Source: a virus (lineage: Duplodnaviria; Caudoviricetes). From it: DNA of 63,794 nt. A program made the position numbers and the translations under genes. Under the pieces are notes generated by a model. It ran no database searches. It had not been told where the DNA came from and saw only the letters and a list, made by a program, of their open reading frames with translations. Shown in pieces: positions 57,039 through 63,794 of the stretch. Location of the stretch: IMG/VR virus record IMGVR_UViG_3300048061_000324, positions 1-63,794 of that record. One strand, 5' to 3'. Each line of letters begins with the position of its first letter. Position 1 is the first letter of the stretch.

Positions 57039-58724
57039 ATGAGTTGGAAAAAATATTTTAAAGTAGTAGACACTAATAGTATGACGGGATCTACAACTAT
57101 GCCCAGAGATTCTCAGGCAGATGTAGGATTTAAAAACTATCAAAGTCATCTACCAGAAGTTTACACTGGACATCCAAATCGTATTGAAAGATATAATCAA
57201 TATGAAACAATGGATAGTGACAGTGAGATCAATGCGGCATTAGATATCCTTGCAGAATTTAGTACTCAAGCAAACGTAGAAAATAGAACACCTTTTGATT
57301 TATTTTTTAAAGATGCACCAAGTGACTCTGAAGTAAAAGTTTTAAAAGAAGCACTCTTTAGTTGGGTAAGTCTTAACGATTTTGATAAAAGAATTTTTAA
57401 AATGTTTCGTAATACTTTAAAGTATGGCGATCAAGTATTTGTAAGAGATCCAGAAACATTTCAATGGCATTGGGTAGACAATGCAGACATTGTAAAAGTT
57501 ATTGTAAACGAAAGTAAAGGTAAAGAACCTGAACAATATGTTTTAAGGAATATTAATCCTAATTTTCAAAACTTAACAGTAACACAACCACAACACAGTG
57601 ATTTAAAATCTGGTAGTCAAATGGGCGGACAAGGTCCAGTTAACAACCAAGGAAACATTTATAATTTAAATCAACCTGGATCAACGGGAACAAGATTTAG
57701 TACACAGTCAAACGAAATGTCAATTGATGCAAGTCATGTTGTACATATTAGTTTAACAGAAGGACTTGATCCTAATTGGCCATTTGGTATTAGTGTATTA
57801 GAAAGTGTATTTAAAGTATACAAGCAAAAAGAATTATTAGAAGACGCTATTATTATTTACAGAGTACAACGTGCTCCGGAAAGACGTGTGTTCTATATTG
57901 ACGTAGGTAATATGCCAGCACACATGGCAATGGGTTACGTTAACAGAGTTAAAAACGAAATACACCAAAGACGTATTCCAACACAAAGTGGTGGCGGTGG
58001 AAGTATGATGGATGCAACATATAATCCATTAAGTATTAATGAAGATTACTTCTTTCCACAAACTGCTGAAGGTAGAGGTAGTAAAGTTGAAACATTACCA
58101 GGTGGAACAAACTTAGGTGAAATTGATGACTTAAAATACTTTACTAATAAGTTGTTTAGAGGTTTAAGAATTCCAAGTAGTTACTTACCAACAGGAGCAG
58201 AAGACGGAAGTTCGGTTGCAAGTGATGGTAGAGTAGGTACTGCATTAATTCAAGAATATAGATTTAATCAATACTGTAAACGTTTACAAGCAACAGTATC
58301 AACATCATTTGACCATGAGTTTAAAATGTATTTAAACTGGAAAGGTTATAATATTGATAGTGCTATGTTTGAGTTGCGTATGAATGAACCACAAAACTTT
58401 GCGGCATACAGACAAGCAGAACTTGATAATCAACGTGCAACTTTATTCTCTAGTTTATCACAAACTCCTTACTTGAGTAAACGATTTATGCTTAAACGTT
58501 TCTTAGGTATTAGTGAAGAAGAAATGGCTGAGAACGATAAATTATGGGCAGAAGAAAATGGAACAACAACGGCACAACAAACAGTAGGCGAAGACTTACG
58601 AAGTGTTGGAGTTACTCCAGGCGGACTTGGAACTGATTTAGAAACAGGAGCAGAACCCGAAGGCGGTGACACAGACATTGATGCACCTGAAGGTGGCGAC
58701 ACTTCCGACGACGTAGAACTGTAA
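57039..58724 (+). CDS. gp20: Portal vertex protein gp20
   Basis: LLEDAIIIYRVQRAPERRVFYIDVGNMP, EDYFFP...GRGSKVETLPGG. Confidence 0.95.
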   Translation: MSWKKYFKVVDTNSMTGSTTMPRDSQADVGFKNYQSHLPEVYTGHPNRIERYNQYETMDSDSEINAALDILAEFSTQANVENRTPFDLFFKDAPSDSEVKVLKEALFSWVSLNDFDKRIFKMFRNTLKYGDQVFVRDPETFQWHWVDNADIVKVIVNESKGKEPEQYVLRNINPNFQNLTVTQPQHSDLKSGSQMGGQGPVNNQGNIYNLNQPGSTGTRFSTQSNEMSIDASHVVHISLTEGLDPNWPFGISVLESVFKVYKQKELLEDAIIIYRVQRAPERRVFYIDVGNMPAHMAMGYVNRVKNEIHQRRIPTQSGGGGSMMDATYNPLSINEDYFFPQTAEGRGSKVETLPGGTNLGEIDDLKYFTNKLFRGLRIPSSYLPTGAEDGSSVASDGRVGTALIQEYRFNQYCKRLQATVSTSFDHEFKMYLNWKGYNIDSAMFELRMNEPQNFAAYRQAELDNQRATLFSSLSQTPYLSKRFMLKRFLGISEEEMAENDKLWAEENGTTTAQQTVGEDLRSVGVTPGGLGTDLETGAEPEGGDTDIDAPEGGDTSDDVEL

Positions 58725-58734
58725 GGAAACTGGA

Positions 58735-59298
58735 ATGATAGAATCTATCTTTCCTACTCCTTTATACAGTAATATTGCTTCTGACAATTTACTAGCAGAC
58801 ATACAAAAAGAAATTTCTAATGTTGTTGAAAAAACAAAATTAGATTATAAATCTGATTGGGGCAAGACCCATAAGATATCATCATTATCAAATAACATAA
58901 TACAAGATAATAATTTAATAAACTTTAAAATGTTTTTAAATGAGAATCTGCATGACTATCTAACACAACTTGGATTCGATGCAAACAGACCACATAGATT
59001 AGAATCGTGGATTACGTTATTAGACACAGATGATTATGGTCATATACACGACCATGGAAACGCAGACGTATCTGGCGTTTACTATTTTCAAACAAATGAA
59101 CAAGACGGTGATATAGTATTTTATAATCCAGCACCACAAGTTGATATGTCAACAATCTTAAAAGCAAGTACTTGGCGTCATAAACCGATAATTGGAAAAA
59201 TGCTTTTATTTCCAGGTTATTTAAAACATGGTATATTCAGGAATGAAACTACATCAACTAGGATTAGTTTATCATTCAATATATTTTTTAATAAATAA
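58735..59298 (+). CDS. 2OG-Fe(II) oxygenase (TIGR02466-like)
   Basis: IFPTPLY, HIHDH...SGVYY, LFPGYLKH, RISLSFN. Confidence 0.85.
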   Translation: MIESIFPTPLYSNIASDNLLADIQKEISNVVEKTKLDYKSDWGKTHKISSLSNNIIQDNNLINFKMFLNENLHDYLTQLGFDANRPHRLESWITLLDTDDYGHIHDHGNADVSGVYYFQTNEQDGDIVFYNPAPQVDMSTILKASTWRHKPIIGKMLLFPGYLKHGIFRNETTSTRISLSFNIFFNK

Positions 59299-59325
59299 CA
59301 TTAAGATAAAGGTAAATATTATATC

Positions 59326-59541
59326 ATGGACTTAAACGATTTATTTGAAAAAAACCGCTATTCTGTAGAGGACGATAAAAGTACACTAATTATAGGTGAT
59401 ACTCGTAAAGTCAAGTTGACTTTAGAACAAATCAATAAACTTAGACGTATTAAAGAAGCGAAGAAGTTTGAAGAGTATGAAAAACTACAGAAAGTTAAAG
59501 CACAATACGGTGCTCAAAAAGACGATAGTGGCGGTTTATAA
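59326..59541 (+). CDS. Small head-module protein
   Basis: 71 aa, TRKVKLTLEQINKLR...QYG; between portal and prohead genes; TAAATA cores upstream. Confidence 0.65.
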   Translation: MDLNDLFEKNRYSVEDDKSTLIIGDTRKVKLTLEQINKLRRIKEAKKFEEYEKLQKVKAQYGAQKDDSGGL

Positions 59542-59671
59542 GTCCTAAAATAGGTGCATTTTTTGGTATATCTAAATAAAATATCGAAAAACTGCTAATA
59601 TTTCACCTTTTAGACCCCTTTTTTAACTATCTAATGTAAATAATATTACCGATAACTATCCTAATAGGAGT

Positions 59672-60454
59672 ATGAATATGAGCGATAAATGGAAACAACT
59701 TGTTGACTTGATTGTTAACGAGGAAGAGCAAAAAGCAAGTGATCTGTTTCACGAAATCGTTATTGAGAATTCACGTGAGATTTATGAAAATCTTATTTCT
59801 CAAGAAGATTTAGAAGAAGTATCACAAGACGAAGTGAAAGACTTTGAACAAGATATTAAAGCAGATGAAGAAGGCGTTTCTGAAGAAGACGATGATATGG
59901 AAAACGCTAGTGATGAATTAGAAGCAGAAATGGGTATGGAGCCAGAAGCAGGCGAAGAAGCACCAGCAGATGCAGATAGTGAAGAACTAGAAGATCGTGT
60001 TGTTGATTTAGAAGATAACATTGCTGAACTTCAAAAAGAATTCGAAGAATTATTAAACAAAGAAGACGACGGTGATTCAGAAGAAGCACCTGCAGAAGAG
60101 CCAGAAATGGAAGAAGCAGTAGCAGAAACTGAAGAATCAGTTGAAGAAGCGAAATCAGATGATGAAGCCGAAGCAGTAGAAGAAGCAAAAACTGAAACTG
60201 AAGAGTCTAAAGAAGACGAAGTTACAGAAGAAGCAGAAGAAACTGTAGAAGAAGATGCTGAAAAAGTTGACGAAAGTAAACTTGAAAAGGCACCTGAGGC
60301 TGATAAGGCTGACCATGCAGACAATAAAGCATCACCAGTTGCTAAACAGCAAAAAGGTGGTATGAAAGTTGCTAAAGGCGAAGAAGCAGGCGCTCCTACA
60401 CCTAAATCAACAAGCATGGGCGGTACTACTAAACCGGACGTAAAGAAAGTATAA
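59672..60454 (+). CDS. Highly acidic prohead core/scaffold protein
   Basis: Glu/Asp-rich, LEDRVVDLED coiled coil, AGGAG SD, precedes the protease. Confidence 0.7.
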   Translation: MNMSDKWKQLVDLIVNEEEQKASDLFHEIVIENSREIYENLISQEDLEEVSQDEVKDFEQDIKADEEGVSEEDDDMENASDELEAEMGMEPEAGEEAPADADSEELEDRVVDLEDNIAELQKEFEELLNKEDDGDSEEAPAEEPEMEEAVAETEESVEEAKSDDEAEAVEEAKTETEESKEDEVTEEAEETVEEDAEKVDESKLEKAPEADKADHADNKASPVAKQQKGGMKVAKGEEAGAPTPKSTSMGGTTKPDVKKV

Positions 60455-60482
60455 TAAAACTTTATTAAAGGAATAATTCAGA

Positions 60483-61118
60483 ATGAACTCAGTATACTTA
60501 AAAGAGAACTTAACATTTGACCAAGCAAGAATGGTTACAGAAAGTGCAAACGACGGCAAGGACTTGTTCCTTAAAGGAATTTGTATTCAAGGTGGTGTGA
60601 AGAATCACAACCAACGACTTTACCCTGTTGATCAAATTGCAACTGCGGTTACTTCTCTTAACGAGCAAATTACTGAAGGAAACTCTGTTTTAGGAGAAGT
60701 AGATCATCCAGACGATTTAAAAATTAACTTGGATCGAGTTTGCCACATGATTACTGAAATGTGGATGGATGGTCCAAATGGTTATGGTAAACTAAAAATT
60801 CTCCCAACACCGATGGGTCAACTGGTACGAACAATGCTAGAAAGCGGTGTCAAATTGGGAGTTTCAAGTCGCGGAAGCGGCGAAGTCAATGATGCAACCG
60901 GAGAGGTTAGCGGATTCGAGATCGTCACAGTAGACGTAGTCGCACAGCCGAGTGCCCCTAATGCCTACCCAACTGCAATTTACGAAGGCTTATTGAACAT
61001 GAAACATGGTCATAAGGTTTTGGGAATAGCGGCAGAGGCTAAAGAAGATACTCGTGTGCAAAAATTTTTAAAAGATGAGGTGGTAAACCTTATCAATGAA
61101 CTTAAATTAAGGAGTTGA
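60483..61118 (+). CDS. gp21: Prohead protease gp21
   Basis: GEVDHP, LPTPMG, LGVSSRGSG, DVVAQPSAPNA. Confidence 0.93.
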   Translation: MNSVYLKENLTFDQARMVTESANDGKDLFLKGICIQGGVKNHNQRLYPVDQIATAVTSLNEQITEGNSVLGEVDHPDDLKINLDRVCHMITEMWMDGPNGYGKLKILPTPMGQLVRTMLESGVKLGVSSRGSGEVNDATGEVSGFEIVTVDVVAQPSAPNAYPTAIYEGLLNMKHGHKVLGIAAEAKEDTRVQKFLKDEVVNLINELKLRS

Positions 61119-61123
61119 CCAAA

Positions 61124-62215
61124 ATGTTTGACGCACTCAAACCATTGCTAGATAGCGGTATAGTCAACGAGGAAACTAAGACTGAAATTCAAGAGGCTTG
61201 GGAAACCAAGTTAAATGAAACTAGGGAAGAGATCCGCGGTGAGTTACGTGATGAATTTTCACGTCGTTATGAGCATGATAAAACCACTATGGTTGAGAGT
61301 CTTGACAAAATGGTGAATGAAAACTTAACTAAAGAACTTGAGAAGATTGCAGAAGAACGCAAAGCACTAGAGGAAGACAGAGTTAAATTCAATGTAAAAA
61401 TGAATGAAAACACTGATAAAGTTAAAAACTTTATGTTATCTAAATTAGGTGCTGAATTAAGCGAACTGAATGAAGATCGTAAAGTTCAAGCAGAAACTCT
61501 TGATAAGTTACAAAAGTTTGTTGTAAAAGCTCTTGCAGAAGAGATCGCAGAATTCCATAAAGATAAGGAAGCGGTTGTTGAAACTAGAGTTAAACTTGTT
61601 GCAGAAGGCAAGAAACAACTTTCAAAACTTAAAGAGACTTTTGTTGAACGTTCAAGCAAATTAGTGAAGGATTCAGTCGTTAAGAATCTTAACAACGAGT
61701 TGACTCAACTTAAAGAAGATATTGAGACTGCACGTCAAAATAACTTCGGTCGCAAATTGTTCGAAACATTTGCTGGTGAGTTTGCAACATCACATTTGAA
61801 TGAAAATTCAGAGATTAAAGAGTTGCAAAATACAGTAGCAGAAGTTAAAAAACAACTTGATGAATCGAAAAAAGACGCAGAAACGAAATCAACTTTAGTT
61901 GAAAGCAAAGAAGCAGAAATTCGTAAAATCAACGATCGCATTGTCCGTGATCAAAAATTAAACGAAATGATGGGACCATTAAGCAAAGATCAGAAAACAG
62001 TTATGCAAGATTTACTTGAAAACGTGATTACTGATAAACTTGATGCAACATTTAACAAGTATTTGCCAGCAGTTCTTAAAAACGAAGTTAAAGTAGACAG
62101 TAAAAAGTCTGCTATAATGGAGTCAAAAGAAGTAACTGGTAATAAAAAAGAATCCGTAAACGCAGAAGATGAGGGCAATATCATTGAAATTAAGCGTCTA
62201 GCGGGACTAAACTAA
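61124..62215 (+). CDS. gp22: Prohead core scaffolding protein gp22-like
   Basis: Coiled-coil protein between protease and capsid; ATG at 61124 preferred over TTG 61115 given GGAG at 61111. Confidence 0.85.
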   Translation: MFDALKPLLDSGIVNEETKTEIQEAWETKLNETREEIRGELRDEFSRRYEHDKTTMVESLDKMVNENLTKELEKIAEERKALEEDRVKFNVKMNENTDKVKNFMLSKLGAELSELNEDRKVQAETLDKLQKFVVKALAEEIAEFHKDKEAVVETRVKLVAEGKKQLSKLKETFVERSSKLVKDSVVKNLNNELTQLKEDIETARQNNFGRKLFETFAGEFATSHLNENSEIKELQNTVAEVKKQLDESKKDAETKSTLVESKEAEIRKINDRIVRDQKLNEMMGPLSKDQKTVMQDLLENVITDKLDATFNKYLPAVLKNEVKVDSKKSAIMESKEVTGNKKESVNAEDEGNIIEIKRLAGLN

Positions 62216-62241
62216 AAATATATAATTAGGAGACTAAAAAA

Positions 62242-63489
62242 ATGTCTGATATTTTAGCAGAAGGTCGTTGGGACAATACTAAAGAAGCCCTTTTAGATGG
62301 TTTACAAGGTACTCGTCGCAAGACAATGTCTACTATCCTGGAAAACACTAAACGCCACTTAACAGAAGCGGCAACTAGTGGCGCAACAGCGGCAGGTGGA
62401 GTAGCACAATTAAACAAAGTAATTTTACCCGTAATTAGACGTGTAATGCCTACAGTTATCGCAAACGAAATTGTTGGTGTACAGCCTATGCAAGGTCCAA
62501 TTGCTCAAATTCACACTTTAAGAGTTAAGTACAACTCTGCAAACACTATTAACCCGGCAAATGGTGCGGCTATCCAAGCAACAACAAATGACGGTACAAA
62601 CTTAGGTGCTGGTGACGAAGCGTTAGGTCCAAAGGACATAGCGGCTGGTTATTCAGGTACTGAAAGTGCGGCAGGTGTTAAAGCGGCAGGTACAACAGCA
62701 AGTGGATACTTAGAAGGTGTTCCAGGTAATACTCTTTCTATTGAAATTCTACGTCAAACAGTAGAAGCTCAAACTAGAAGATTATCAGCTCGTTGGACTT
62801 TTGAAGCGGCACAAGATGCTCAATCACAACAAGGTATCGATGTAGAAGCAGAAATCATGGCGGCATTAGCCCAAGAGATTACTGCTGAGATCGACCAAGA
62901 AGTTCTTGCAAGTTTAAGAGCTTTAGCGACTGCTGGTTCAACGGCTTTCGGTGCAAACACTGAAGCATACGACCAAGCGGCAGTTAGTGGTACAGCGACA
63001 TACGTGGGTGATGAACACGCGGCATTGGCTGTAGCAATTAACAGAGTATCTAACAAAATCGCACAGAGAACAAGACGTGGCGCAGGTAACTGGGCTGTTG
63101 TTTCTCCAACTGCATTAACAATGTTACAAAGTGCATCAACTTCAGCGTTCGCAAGAACAACTGAAGGTACTTTTGAAGCACCAACAAATACTAAATTTGT
63201 AGGTACTTTAAACAGTGCAATGAAAATCTACGTTGACAGTTATGCGGCTGATTCAGAAGCAGTTCTTGTTGGTTACAAAGGTAGTTCAGAAGCGGACGCG
63301 GCGGCATTCTATTGTCCTTACGTTCCACTAATGAGTTCAGGTGTAGTACTTGATCCAGCAACATTAGAGCCACTAGTAGGCTTTATGACACGTTACGGTT
63401 ACAGTGAACTTTCACAAACTAGTAGTTCACTTGGAAACGCGGCGGATTACGTTGGTAGAGTAACTATTGCTAACCCAACATTTAGTTAA
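62242..63489 (+). CDS. gp23: Major capsid protein gp23
   Basis: VIRRVMPTVIANEIVGVQPM, RRLSARWTFEAAQD, AEIDQE, FYCPYVPL, FMTRYG. Confidence 0.95.
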   Translation: MSDILAEGRWDNTKEALLDGLQGTRRKTMSTILENTKRHLTEAATSGATAAGGVAQLNKVILPVIRRVMPTVIANEIVGVQPMQGPIAQIHTLRVKYNSANTINPANGAAIQATTNDGTNLGAGDEALGPKDIAAGYSGTESAAGVKAAGTTASGYLEGVPGNTLSIEILRQTVEAQTRRLSARWTFEAAQDAQSQQGIDVEAEIMAALAQEITAEIDQEVLASLRALATAGSTAFGANTEAYDQAAVSGTATYVGDEHAALAVAINRVSNKIAQRTRRGAGNWAVVSPTALTMLQSASTSAFARTTEGTFEAPTNTKFVGTLNSAMKIYVDSYAADSEAVLVGYKGSSEADAAAFYCPYVPLMSSGVVLDPATLEPLVGFMTRYGYSELSQTSSSLGNAADYVGRVTIANPTFS

Positions 63490-63536
63490 TAGATATCCTT
63501 TTTGGATATTATTGTTAACTAACTGAAAACAATATT

Positions 63537-63564
63537 AGAAAGGCCCTTCGGGGCCTTTCTTTTT
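63537..63564 (+). terminator. Rho-independent terminator after the capsid gene
   Basis: AGAAAGGCCC-TTCG-GGGCCTTTCT-TTTT with C(UUCG)G loop. Confidence 0.9.
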
Positions 63565-63565
63565 G

Positions 63566-63573
63566 ACTAAATA
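63566..63573 (+). promoter_or_regulatory. Late promoter core (ACTAAATA) just upstream of the riboswitch
   Basis: TAAATA core about 9 nt before P1. Confidence 0.5.
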
Positions 63574-63581
63574 TTTGTACA

Positions 63582-63631
63582 ACGTTCAGCCGATATAGGC
63601 CGGAAGTAAGCAACTATGCTGAAGGAACGCA
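63582..63631 (+). promoter_or_regulatory. glnA-type (glutamine-I) riboswitch
   Basis: P1 CGTTC/GAACG, P2 GCC-GATATA-GGC, GGAAGTAA E-loop strand, short P3 GC...GC, TGAAG, terminal GAACGC. Confidence 0.8.
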
Positions 63632-63655
63632 CTTAACTGTAAAAAGGAGAGTGTA

Positions 63656-63794
63656 ATGAACAGACATGATCATCTACTTAAATCATACCGTGAGCAAAAA
63701 ATGAGAGAACGCAAGGAGAAAATCCTTATGAAAACTCGTAGTGAAGTAAACGTGTATGGAAATGGTACGACTGGATATACTGTTACTGCTGGAG
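63656..63794 (+). CDS. Basic hypothetical protein downstream of the riboswitch; truncated by window end
   Basis: AGGAG SD; MNRHDHLLKSYREQKMRERKEKILMKTRSEVNVYGNGTTGYTVTAG... Confidence 0.7.
   Translation, partial: MNRHDHLLKSYREQKMRERKEKILMKTRSEVNVYGNGTTGYTVTAG

Noticed and set aside
54605-63373. Minus-strand Ser/Leu-rich ORFs opposite tape measure, scaffold and capsid genes
   Set aside because: Mirror of Glu/Ala-rich sense codons (GAA, GCA)
1-63794. Alternative genetic code (stop-codon reassignment)
   Set aside because: Core genes are full length in the standard code and TAA, TAG and TGA all occur as stops

Overview
AT-rich segment of a large T4-superfamily (jumbo-type) myophage, read in the standard genetic code. 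1-18.6 kb (minus strand) is a tightly coupled accessory cluster for sugar synthesis and tailoring: carbamoyltransferase, amidinotransferase, DegT-type aminotransferase, 2OG-Fe(II)-like oxygenase, UDP-glucose dehydrogenase, radical SAM protein, HAD phosphomannomutase, form IV RuBisCO-like protein, cupin, nucleotidyltransferase, four SGNH-like paralogs and several glycosyltransferase-like genes. 18.7-47 kb (minus) is the tail fibre/baseplate module, including a 4177-aa wedge protein, gp6, gp25, a PAAR-muramidase fusion and a lysozyme-less gp5. 47-53 kb (plus) holds the gp55 late sigma factor, gp47/gp46, an Hc1-like protein, an adenylation enzyme and an Hjc-like nuclease, followed by a ~460-nt highly structured non-coding region. 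Then come a gp26-like gene with an apparent -1 frameshift, tape measure, portal, prohead genes and major capsid, and finally a glnA-type glutamine riboswitch in front of a truncated basic ORF. The strongest leads are the unnamed large structured RNA, the RLP/amidino/carbamoyl glycan cluster, the riboswitch cassette, the frameshift and interlocked sigma70/late promoters. All family assignments come from motif recognition by eye, not from database searches.
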